Below, piece after piece: positions 18,919-27,387 of a DNA stretch of 59,431 nt (the stretch's first letter is position 1; each line of letters starts with the position of its first letter). The DNA is from a bacterium. Its GTDB lineage: Bacteria > Armatimonadota > Chthonomonadetes > Chthonomonadales > JAMCWF01. The notes beneath the pieces are model-generated. The model ran no database searches, was not told the DNA's origin, and saw only the letters and a list, made by a program, of their open reading frames with translations. The stretch is taken from the NCBI GenBank assembly GCA_021842405.1, contig JAKBZR010000007.1:1-59431 (forward strand), written 5' to 3'. Position numbers and translations under genes: made by a program.

Positions 18919-21837
18919 TCATAGCCGACCCCACCAAGCTCCCGGCTCGGCAAGCGGCTTCCCGGACAAACCAGCCGGTAGAGCCCAGATGCACATATTG
19001 CTGTAGTAATCGGAACCCCACACCGGATCGCCGTTAGCCGAGGAGACGTTGAAGTACTGGTTCCAGACCATGTTGTGGGCGCAGAGGTTGGCGTAGGCGC
19101 GTTCTGCCGCCGGCAGCCCGATTCGCGGCCGACCGGCATAGAGTGCGGTGGTGGCGAAATTCCACACCTCACCCGGAGACGAATCGAGGGATTGATTCTG
19201 GCCGCTCGGATCGGGTCGGCCGTCCGGCAGAACCCCGTTTACCGCTCCAACCGCAGTGGCCGCCATGTTAAGCCGCTGCACGCTCTCAACCACCGATTCC
19301 AGGTGGGACTTCGGCACGATATCTCCTAATCCGAGCAGTCTTGCGTACATTTCGCCGATAAGCTGATCGGCCAGGCAGCTTTCGGAAACTCGGTTATGAG
19401 ACGGCTGGTTATAGAGTCGATAGTAGCGGCCGTTCCATAGCTTGGCCTCGAAATCCGCCTGACCCCGTGTAAAATCCGCCTGCCATCGGGCCGCCCGCTT
19501 TAGGTCGCCCATCTTTTGAGCCATCGCGGTTGCCGCCTTCAGCGCGGCCAAATCTATCGAGGCCACGTAGGGACTGGTGCCCCACCACGGCCAGATATCG
19601 TAGTATTGATTGGCGGGCCAGCCGGTATCGCTGCCGGGAGCGTCGTTCACCAGCCCATCGCCATCAAGGATCAAACTGTTTCGAAAATCCATCGCCCTTT
19701 TCACATGAGGCCACATATCGCTCAGGAAGCGCCGGTTGCCGGTATAAAGGTAGTCCCGCCAGACCATCAGTATCCATTCGTTGGTCACGATGGGGCGCTG
19801 GAGGTGAAACATCGGGCTGGCGATACCGAGCGGCGAGCCGAAGCCGAACGGGATTTCACCCTGCGGACTTTGAAACTGGGCAAACTCCCGCATCACCGGT
19901 AATTCCAGCTTCGGAAACAGCATCAGCAGCGGAAATGAGCCGTTAAACCGACAGACCAGCGTCTCGGTAATCGGGCAGCCGGTGAAGCTCTCCGAGTGGT
20001 AGAATCGGCCGTCCTCAAGCCAGAGGGTATTTCGCGCCAGCGAATAGAGGCTGTTGATTAACCCATCCTGCAACCAACCCGGGATCGGCGCGGCGTAAAT
20101 CCGCTCCTGCCAGCTTATGATCTTCTTTTCAATTGCGGGCGCGCGAGGGGTAACCCACTCCGCGACCGCCTGCGCATTCTCAAACCATTTGGTATACCGA
20201 TGGCGGAGCGGTTGCCCATCCGAGCTGGTTGCGCTCGGGAAATACCACGCCAGCGTGAAGGTGATCGTCGCCGCCTGCCCCGGCCGTAAAACTCGATCGG
20301 CGTAGAGCCGCCCATCCCCGGTCTCCTTTTCGATCGAGTGGCCGAGCTGCCAACCTCTGCCGGCGGCCGTTATAGCGTAGCCGTCTGCGCTGTTCGGCCG
20401 TCCCAGCCAAAGCCCGCTGCCGCCGCTGATCAAAAAGGGCCGCCAAACCGGCTGCTCGGACGGCGTCGTGGCCAGGCGGCAGGGCGTGCTCTCCATCCGG
20501 CCGAAGGAATCGCGCACCGTTGGCCAGGCGCCGATCAGAAAACCTTCGGGCAGAGTGAGAGGTTTCAGCTTTGCATGGAAAGCTCCTTCCCCCCAAGAGA
20601 CAAGTTCACTCGTGGTGGGATCGTAACGGATGGTGTTCTGCTCGGATTGGTCGGGTCCGCCCACATCGAAATTAACGAAATAGCCGAACTGGACATGATG
20701 AAGTGGAGCGCCGCCCCGGTCGAGCAGAGTGAACGTTCGCCGGATCGTGCCGGAAGCGGTCACTTGGGTTTCGATCCGAACTTCGATTCCTAGTTCGGAA
20801 TTCACTAGATTTACGTTCGGGTAACTCCCAGCCTCGGCGCGCTTGTCCAGGTCAAGGCCAATCCGTTTCGTCATTTCGCCGGGCGCATAGGATATGCCGA
20901 CGTAATGAGCATCGCCGTTGCGCTCGAATTTGTACCCAAAAAGAATTTGACCGATCGTGGGAGCGCCGTCTACCAGCCCCGATTCGCGCTGATAGGCTTC
21001 CCAATTAAAACCACCATTTTCATCCAAAATGAAATCGGTAAGGGGCAGTGCTTTTTCGCGTCCGGCCGATGATCCAGATATAGATTGGGTGGCAAGATGC
21101 TCCAGTGAAACGGACCACTCCGAGTTCGGGGCGATTTCAGATTTTAACCAGTATAGCGCGCCGGCCACGTTGCCGGATGCGCAGAGGGAATCGGGTAAGT
21201 TACCGGGCCAGCGCAGCGCCAGTCTGACGTTTTGGTTCATCCGAGTGGGATTGTGTACATTGAATCGGAAGATCGCAGCCGGAGCGCCGCTCAAACGATA
21301 GTTCCCGGGAACGAAGGGCGACATGGCGCGCAGAGTCACTCGGACAGGATAAGCCGCGGAGCCGTAATCCATGTCCACCATCGGATAGTGTCCCCAGTAA
21401 CGGGAGGGCGATTGCCCGCCTGCCGTTCCAATCAGCGGATGGAGCGGCGGCATTTTATCATTGACTGTGCCGTCGGCTGCCTCTGGCGTTGCGCCGAACT
21501 CGAAACCGGCATCGGTTGGCGGTGCCGGTGCAAGCCAGTTGTTCTCCAATGTCGCGCGCCCGAATGTGCCGTCCGGATTGAGGTCCAGGTAGCCGGTGCC
21601 CAGCCCCCCCAGTGGAACCGCGCTGAAGTTGTCAGTTGCACCGATCCAGCGGCCGGTAACCTTCATTGAATAGCCACTTGGCTGAAATCGTTGAAAGAGC
21701 TTCCCCTTTGCCGCAGTATGAGGAACGGATCCCGCTGTCGCCGCCGATAGTGCCATCAGAGCAAACACCCCATTTCTCATCGCCGTTATCGAAATTCCAA
21801 CCCAAAAAATATCTCTCACCACCATCCTAAAAGGCAT
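18919..21837 (-). CDS. GH116 (GBA2-like) glycoside hydrolase with an internal insertion; start may be 21780
   Basis: Motifs VPLGGLGTG, SPFVPGN, DGDGL, NQYYDIW, LWNGRYY and DQLIG. Confidence 0.82.
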   Translation of the reverse strand: MPFRMVVRDIFWVGISITAMRNGVFALMALSAATAGSVPHTAAKGKLFQRFQPSGYSMKVTGRWIGATDNFSAVPLGGLGTGYLDLNPDGTFGRATLENNWLAPAPPTDAGFEFGATPEAADGTVNDKMPPLHPLIGTAGGQSPSRYWGHYPMVDMDYGSAAYPVRVTLRAMSPFVPGNYRLSGAPAAIFRFNVHNPTRMNQNVRLALRWPGNLPDSLCASGNVAGALYWLKSEIAPNSEWSVSLEHLATQSISGSSAGREKALPLTDFILDENGGFNWEAYQRESGLVDGAPTIGQILFGYKFERNGDAHYVGISYAPGEMTKRIGLDLDKRAEAGSYPNVNLVNSELGIEVRIETQVTASGTIRRTFTLLDRGGAPLHHVQFGYFVNFDVGGPDQSEQNTIRYDPTTSELVSWGEGAFHAKLKPLTLPEGFLIGAWPTVRDSFGRMESTPCRLATTPSEQPVWRPFLISGGSGLWLGRPNSADGYAITAAGRGWQLGHSIEKETGDGRLYADRVLRPGQAATITFTLAWYFPSATSSDGQPLRHRYTKWFENAQAVAEWVTPRAPAIEKKIISWQERIYAAPIPGWLQDGLINSLYSLARNTLWLEDGRFYHSESFTGCPITETLVCRFNGSFPLLMLFPKLELPVMREFAQFQSPQGEIPFGFGSPLGIASPMFHLQRPIVTNEWILMVWRDYLYTGNRRFLSDMWPHVKRAMDFRNSLILDGDGLVNDAPGSDTGWPANQYYDIWPWWGTSPYVASIDLAALKAATAMAQKMGDLKRAARWQADFTRGQADFEAKLWNGRYYRLYNQPSHNRVSESCLADQLIGEMYARLLGLGDIVPKSHLESVVESVQRLNMAATAVGAVNGVLPDGRPDPSGQNQSLDSSPGEVWNFATTALYAGRPRIGLPAAERAYANLCAHNMVWNQYFNVSSANGDPVWGSDYYSNMCIWALPAGLSGKPLAEPGAWWGRL

Positions 21838-21880
21838 CCTCCCTCAGGGCTTGATGATAAAAGGCCGTTCGCCCTTTCAG

Positions 21881-22122
21881 GAGGGTGTTGAAAAATACGA
21901 TGCTACCAACCGCATCGTCATTCCAGGCCCGCAGAGCGAAATACCGGAATCCAGAGCATCAGCATTTCTACGTCTCGTTTGGCAAAGGGCTGGATTCCCG
22001 CCTTCGCCTGCCTGCGGCCTGCCCCTGCCTGCGCCAAGCCCAGCGCGGCAGGCAGGTGTTGCAGACAGGTAGGCAGGCGGGAATGACGAAATGGGAGGAT
22101 CCAGCGATTTTTCAACAACTTC
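21881..22122. repeat. Family B TIR repeat element, copy B1, with triple-nested micro-hairpins
   Basis: Ends GAGGGTGTTGAAAAAT ... ATTTTTCAACAACTTC. Two inverted GTCATTCC...GGAATCCAG modules inside. Confidence 0.88.
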
Positions 22123-22144
22123 TTAATCCTTCCGTTGCAATCGC

Positions 22145-23152
22145 CTATTGAACCGCCGCCGCCGCATACTCCCGGAACAGCTTCAGGTAGAGATGATAGT
22201 CCTCCAACGAGACTCCAGGCGGGGTCTGATGATCCACCGAAGGGATATAGTATCCGCTGCGCATTACCGGCATCAACCGCTCGAACTCGGCCCGGATTGC
22301 GCCCTCACCACGATGCATCACCGTTTTGTCGAAAGCGCCGACCATCTTCCATTTGGGATGCCGACTGCGGACTCGGTTTACATCAACGCCCGCCATCCGC
22401 TCCAGCGGCAAAATTCCCTCCAGCCCCACCTCCTCAAACCACTGGATGAGCGGCTCGACGTTGCCGTCGCTGTCAATCATAGGAATGATGCCCCGCCTCT
22501 TCAGCTCCGGCACCACCTGTCGGTAGTAGGGCGCCATAAACTCGTCGTACTGCTCCTTGGATATCATCGGCCCGTGATTGTAGGACATATCTTCACCGAA
22601 GGTCATAAAATCAGGGGTGCAGATGGTGCCGAACTCCTCAAGGCAGCGCAAGGCATAACCGACCTGATCCTGGTTGATTCGGTGAATGAGTTGGGGCTGG
22701 TCAAAAAAGCTGTATAGGTGCGGCTCGATGCCTAGAAGCTCCCTCGGCCACCAGAAAAAGCCGCTGAAGGTGATCCAGATTACGGCATTTCCTTGCGCCT
22801 GATCATCGGCCCGCCTTTTCCACTCCTCCCGATCAAATGGAATCGGATCCGGATAGAGATAGGGCCTCATCGCTTCGTAATCGGCCTCGTTCTCGATCCA
22901 GCTTCCCTGGTGGCCGGAGCCGGGCCGTTTTTGAACGGCGCCGGGCATGATCTGTGGAAACCAGAGCTGATAGTCCACATCCAGATCAAAATGGCGCTTG
23001 ATGGCAATCCAGTCCAGGTTTGGATCAAGCCCTTCATCACGCCAGCGATAGATGGTTTTGTCCCACCAGGTCGCCCACTCCATCAAAGGTAACCGGTCAG
23101 CCGGCATTTGACCGGACATCACTTTTAGAAAGCGAGACCTTACCGTCTCCAC
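22145..23152 (-). CDS. Uroporphyrinogen decarboxylase (UroD/MtaA/CmuA) family protein
   Basis: Motifs EDMSYNHGPMIS, DSDGNV, GAFDK and YIPSVDHQTPPGVSLEDY. Confidence 0.85.
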   Translation of the reverse strand: METVRSRFLKVMSGQMPADRLPLMEWATWWDKTIYRWRDEGLDPNLDWIAIKRHFDLDVDYQLWFPQIMPGAVQKRPGSGHQGSWIENEADYEAMRPYLYPDPIPFDREEWKRRADDQAQGNAVIWITFSGFFWWPRELLGIEPHLYSFFDQPQLIHRINQDQVGYALRCLEEFGTICTPDFMTFGEDMSYNHGPMISKEQYDEFMAPYYRQVVPELKRRGIIPMIDSDGNVEPLIQWFEEVGLEGILPLERMAGVDVNRVRSRHPKWKMVGAFDKTVMHRGEGAIRAEFERLMPVMRSGYYIPSVDHQTPPGVSLEDYHLYLKLFREYAAAAVQ

Positions 23153-23338
23153 ACCTGTTCTCCCTCAATTATTCATCCGACCGCACGAAAAGGTGGTCGT
23201 TTTGTAAATCATGATGAATGCAGCCTATACGATACCCAAATTGGACGGCGAAGACAAGGGATCGCCCGGGCGAAAGAACGATATCCAAGCGGAACGGCTT
23301 AAGCGGATGTTGGCACCATAAAGTAGGGAGAAACGGCA

Positions 23339-23416
23339 TCCCCTCCCCGCTTGCGGGGAGGGTTAGGGTGAGGGGCGATCAATCCTGCCACAAATTATCC
23401 CCGTAGAATTGAAGTC
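23339..23416. repeat. Family A partial copy (A4): hairpin module plus degenerate right TIR
   Basis: CCCTCCCCGCTTGCGGGGAGGGTTAGGGTGAGGG ... AAATTATCCCCGTAGAATTGAAGTC. Confidence 0.7.
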
Positions 23417-23426
23417 TATCGGGTTA

Positions 23427-23471
23427 TTGACAATTCGTTACGGGCATGTTAATATTTAAACAGCTTGTTTA
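23427..23471 (+). promoter_or_regulatory. Sigma70-type promoter with a palindromic operator for the DUF1559 gene
   Basis: TTGACA-17 bp-TAATAT with an extended -10 TG. Palindrome TAAACA-GCT-TGTTTA at 23457-23471 covers the expected start site. Confidence 0.7.
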
Positions 23472-23522
23472 TACGCATAATCAAATGCTCGCAGTACTAG
23501 CTCACTTTAAAGGAGAAATCTG

Positions 23523-24353
23523 ATGCTCAACCGCAAGTCAACCGGTTTTACCCTCATCGAGCTGCTTGTCGTAATCGCGATAATCGCGATACTGGCTGCT
23601 ATACTCTTCCCGGTTTTTGCGCAAGCCCGGGAAAAGGCGCGCGCGATCTCCTGCTTGAGTAACTTGAAGCAGTCCGCTCTGGCTACGCTGATGTATGTGG
23701 AGGATTATGACGAAACCTTCCCAACCAGCATCTATCTAGCAACGGATGGAAGCGGCAATCCTTGCACGGCCACCTTCTACACCGAAGTGGCGCCCTACAT
23801 GAAAAACGCGAACATTATGCAGTGCCCGTCCAAGCCGAACGCGCTCAATATTCCAGTAGGTTTCAATGTAATCGGCCTTCCACCGCCATGTCCGGTCTCC
23901 CCTCAAGCAATTTACATCAGCTATCCCTTCAACTTTGCGGTTATTGAGGACGGCGATCCCAATCCACTATTTGGGGGCGAGACCGGCCGCCCCAACAAAT
24001 CAATGGCTGCCATTCCCTATCCGGCTGAGACCGGCCTCAATTACGACGGCAACATTACGCTGCCGGGCGGCACCGCCGGGTTTGGCCTGTTCAGCTCACC
24101 GGTGGACGCGCGGCATAACCTGACCGTAAATGTGAGTTGGGTGGACGGCCACTCTCATCTGGTCCACGCCGAGCCGGCACTCGATGGGAGCGGCAACCAG
24201 CTTGGCGGGAATGGTCTGGACGGCCAAGCGATTTTGGATTGGATCGTGACGGACAGCCCGTACGGCCATCTCTGCAATTCGCCGAACAATGACGAAATCT
24301 GGGGCGTTCCCATCTCTCAGGGCGCGAACGGATGCTGGAATATTCAAAACTGA
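23523..24353 (+). CDS. Prepilin-type N-terminal cleavage/methylation, DUF1559 and H-X9-DG domain protein
   Basis: [33 protein letters not shown]...CLSNLKQ and [23 protein letters not shown]. Confidence 0.93.
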   Translation: MLNRKSTGFTLIELLVVIAIIAILAAILFPVFAQAREKARAISCLSNLKQSALATLMYVEDYDETFPTSIYLATDGSGNPCTATFYTEVAPYMKNANIMQCPSKPNALNIPVGFNVIGLPPPCPVSPQAIYISYPFNFAVIEDGDPNPLFGGETGRPNKSMAAIPYPAETGLNYDGNITLPGGTAGFGLFSSPVDARHNLTVNVSWVDGHSHLVHAEPALDGSGNQLGGNGLDGQAILDWIVTDSPYGHLCNSPNNDEIWGVPISQGANGCWNIQN

Positions 24354-24384
24354 CCATTTAATTACGAGCGAAGGGAGAAACTTC

Positions 24385-24639
24385 GTGGCCAAATCGAAAT
24401 CCTCAAATGGAACATCCTTCGGGAGCTTTGAGGTACCGACCTGGGGCGTGGTGGCGGCCGTGTTCGTCGTGATCATCGTCGTGATGCTGATTGCGTGGAA
24501 AACCCTCGGCCCTCCCAGTGGGGGCAAGTCTATTAAGGTACATCCCAACATGTACAATTTCCGACAGGAGTTTCTAAAGGGGAACGTGGGTCGTCATCCA
24601 CAAAATATCACCCCCCCGGCCAACAATGGGACACCGTGA
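24385..24639 (+). CDS. Small single-pass membrane protein (84 aa)
   Basis: GTG after an AGGGAG RBS. One TM segment (WGVVAAVFVVIIVVMLIAW). Follows the DUF1559 gene. Confidence 0.7.
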   Translation: MAKSKSSNGTSFGSFEVPTWGVVAAVFVVIIVVMLIAWKTLGPPSGGKSIKVHPNMYNFRQEFLKGNVGRHPQNITPPANNGTP

Positions 24640-24689
24640 TCAACCGAGGAGGGGCGAGAAACCAAAATTATGGAGGTGCTGAATTCATT

Positions 24690-24797
24690 TTGAAGAAACG
24701 TGAGCTTCAACCGTTGCCGCGCTGGGTTCCGATAACAGCGGTCGTTTTTGCAGTGATGGTTGTATTCTTGCTGATTTTAAGGATAGCAGGCGTATAA
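24690..24797 (+). CDS. 35-aa single-pass membrane microprotein (below the ORF-track cutoff)
   Basis: GGAGGTG RBS and TTG start. Sequence MKKRELQPLPRWVPITAVVFAVMVVFLLILRIAGV*. Confidence 0.55.
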   Translation: MKKRELQPLPRWVPITAVVFAVMVVFLLILRIAGV

Positions 24798-24811
24798 TTC
24801 GATTTAGGGGC

Positions 24812-24886
24812 GAAGCCATTTGGAAATGGGAGGCGTTGGACTCATCCGTTCAACCGCTTCCAAATCCCAAATGGCTTCAATTTTTT
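24812..24886 (+). terminator. Long-stem intrinsic terminator between convergent genes
   Basis: GAAGCCATTTGG...CCAAATGGCTTC followed by AATTTTTT. Confidence 0.7.
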
Positions 24887-24893
24887 CGGTCGT

Positions 24894-26285
24894 TTAACCT
24901 GAGTCACCCCGCGTGGGTGGAACAGCGTTATTTGATTCGGGGCCAATGCTCGGCGGATTGCTCTTCGTTGTATTACTGGATTGATTGGAACCGCTGGTGC
25001 TGCTTGGGGAAGCTGGAGATTGAAGGCCGCCGCCCGTTCCGCTGGGCGTACCGGTTGTGCCCGGGCTTGCGGGGCCGCTTGATGGATTAACTGAACCGGA
25101 ATTAGGGCGTGCAGGCTGTTGCAATGCCGAAGTGGGTTGCGCGCTGGTGTTGCTCTTCTGCACTACAGGAGGACTTGACTGATTAACCACCGGATGATAA
25201 CCCGCCGGCTCGTAGGGCGCGTTGAGCAGAGCCACTTCCTGCGGGCTTGGCGCGTTGATCTGGATCGGAACCTGCTGGCCGGGATAAAACAATTGCTGAA
25301 TCACCTGCGCATCTCGATTCAGGTCCAGCGAGACGAAGCTGGGTCCCTCGTTGGAGGGTGTCGTCTGTACGACAATGTTTTGCTGTGGCAGGTCGCGTAC
25401 AAAATTTAAGAGCGCCAACATCTGGCCCTGACTCATGCTGGTCTGTAAGCTATAGGCGAACTCATCCAGCGCGGTGGGTAACTTTAAAAAGATGGAGGGC
25501 TGCTGAATTTTCGTGCGCAGCGCTTCCAGAAATTCATGCTGCCGCTGCATCCGCATATAATCGCTGTCGGTATGCCGCATGCGGACAAAACCCATCGCCT
25601 GATAGCCGTTTAAGTGCTGCAAGCCCTTTTTCAGGTGAATGTGCAGGTTCGCCCAGTTATCGTCGTAATTTAAATCTTTTGGCACGTAGAGGTCAATGCC
25701 GCCGATCGCATTGACCAACTCCTGAAACCCGTGGAAATTGATGGCCAGCGCATAGTTCGGTGTCACTCCGAAAACGGACTGAACGGTCTGCATGGCAAGC
25801 TGGTTACCGCCGAACTCGTGGGCGGCGTTTATCTTGTAGATACCGTGATAACCGGGAATGCGGACCGCCGCGTCACGCGGAATGGACAGCACCGCCACCG
25901 TGTCATGGGTGAAATCAACGCGGGCTAACAATATGCTATCGCTTCGGCCGGGCGTATTCAGCACCTGGTCACGATGATTGTAATCCCGATCAACACCCAT
26001 AATCAACACATTGATGCTGGACTGTCCAGGGAACTGCTTGGCTGGAACGAAGGAGGCGAGTGGATTACCGTGTTCCAAAGTATCCATCGCCATCTGCCCA
26101 CCGTACTTGCCAAGAAACTCGCGCATAACCTTGCTGTGGGTGTAAAAATAGCCGAACACTCCTGCACTGGTGATCACCAACAGCAGCATGATCAATCCGA
26201 ATACGCGAAGCGCCAGCTTCCAGCGATTGAGTTTGCCGCGCACCTTGTTGCGACTTTTCTTGATTTTGAGATTCGAGTTCGCCAA
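24894..26285 (-). CDS. LCP (LytR-CpsA-Psr) family protein with a Ser/Pro-rich tail
   Basis: One N-terminal TM segment. Motifs GRSDSI, LSIPRD, KINAAH, GFVRMRH and RMQRQ. AAGGAG RBS before TTG. Confidence 0.92.
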   Translation of the reverse strand: MANSNLKIKKSRNKVRGKLNRWKLALRVFGLIMLLLVITSAGVFGYFYTHSKVMREFLGKYGGQMAMDTLEHGNPLASFVPAKQFPGQSSINVLIMGVDRDYNHRDQVLNTPGRSDSILLARVDFTHDTVAVLSIPRDAAVRIPGYHGIYKINAAHEFGGNQLAMQTVQSVFGVTPNYALAINFHGFQELVNAIGGIDLYVPKDLNYDDNWANLHIHLKKGLQHLNGYQAMGFVRMRHTDSDYMRMQRQHEFLEALRTKIQQPSIFLKLPTALDEFAYSLQTSMSQGQMLALLNFVRDLPQQNIVVQTTPSNEGPSFVSLDLNRDAQVIQQLFYPGQQVPIQINAPSPQEVALLNAPYEPAGYHPVVNQSSPPVVQKSNTSAQPTSALQQPARPNSGSVNPSSGPASPGTTGTPSGTGGGLQSPASPSSTSGSNQSSNTTKSNPPSIGPESNNAVPPTRGDSG

Positions 26286-26351
26286 TTTTAAACTCCTTGC
26301 TCACTTACGGTATGGAGATCCCGCGTATTAAACATCAACTGACCAAACTAA

Positions 26352-26487
26352 GCAGATGTTGAAAAAACCGTTAACACCCACCGGGTCGTCATTCCGCCTG
26401 CCTGTGCGCCTGCCTGAGCAGACAGGTGCCCGCACGCAGACAGGGGGCTGCAAAGCGGAGGATTCCGGTGAATTTTTCAACAACCTC
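26352..26487. repeat. Family B TIR repeat element, copy B2, with doubly nested micro-hairpins
   Basis: GATGTTGAAAAAA ... TTTTTCAACAACCTC, with a GTCATTCCG module inside. Confidence 0.85.
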
Positions 26488-26640
26488 ATCAGGCCGAAAC
26501 CTCTCTCGATGCGCGGGGTCCATTCTTAACTTTGGGCAAATTACAATATACCCGCAAACTAGGTTGAATCGGAAATCATCAGGTCAAGCTTGGCGTCAAG
26601 ACTAGCGGAAATAACAGCCGAACCTTAACCTATTTATTCT

Positions 26641-27387
26641 TTAACGATTGCAGCCGGTTGAGCCAAGCGCGGAAGCGATCTCCCGATTGATGGATTCGGC
26701 TGCAACTACCGGATCGTCGGCTTGAGTGATGGGGCGCCCCACCACTACATAGGAAGCGCCGTTTTGCATCGCTTCACCGGCGGTGGCCGTTCGGACCTGG
26801 TCATGCGCTTTCGCTTCGACCGACCTGACACCCGGTGTAATCAGACAAATATCTGGCCCCAACTCCTTTCTCATCCGCCTCACTTCGAGCGGCGAGCATA
26901 CAATGCCGTAGCAACCAGCGGCCTGCGCCATTCCGGCAAAATTCATGACGTAGTCATCAACCGGATAATCCACCATAAGCTCCTGTCTTAAAGAGCCCCC
27001 GCCGATGCTGGTCAACAAGGTCACCGCGATGACCTTTAGATTGGCCGGTTTCTCTCCATCCGTTTCACCTTGAGCGGCGCGGCAGGCGGCCTTGAGCATC
27101 TCGGAACCGCCTCCGGCATGAACCGTCACCATCTCAACTCCGAGCCGCGCAATCGCCCGCACGGCGCCGGCAACCGTCTTGGGAATATCGTGCAGCTTGG
27201 CGTCATAAAAAATACGATCCGCCCCCGCCGTTCGCAAATTGGCCACGATGCCCGGCCCGGCCGAGTGGATCAGCTCGAGACCGACCTTAAAGCCGGCGAC
27301 TTGACCTTTTAACTGACCCACCAGTTTGAGCGCATGACCGATGTGGTTTACATCCAGCGCCACAAATATCCGACTTTCGCTTTTCAA
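26641..27387 (-). CDS. pyrF: Orotidine-5'-phosphate decarboxylase
   Basis: Motifs VALD, FKVG, DAKLHDIPKTV, TPGVR, DQVR and VVGRPIT. Confidence 0.96.
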   Translation of the reverse strand: MKSESRIFVALDVNHIGHALKLVGQLKGQVAGFKVGLELIHSAGPGIVANLRTAGADRIFYDAKLHDIPKTVAGAVRAIARLGVEMVTVHAGGGSEMLKAACRAAQGETDGEKPANLKVIAVTLLTSIGGGSLRQELMVDYPVDDYVMNFAGMAQAAGCYGIVCSPLEVRRMRKELGPDICLITPGVRSVEAKAHDQVRTATAGEAMQNGASYVVVGRPITQADDPVVAAESINREIASALGSTGCNR

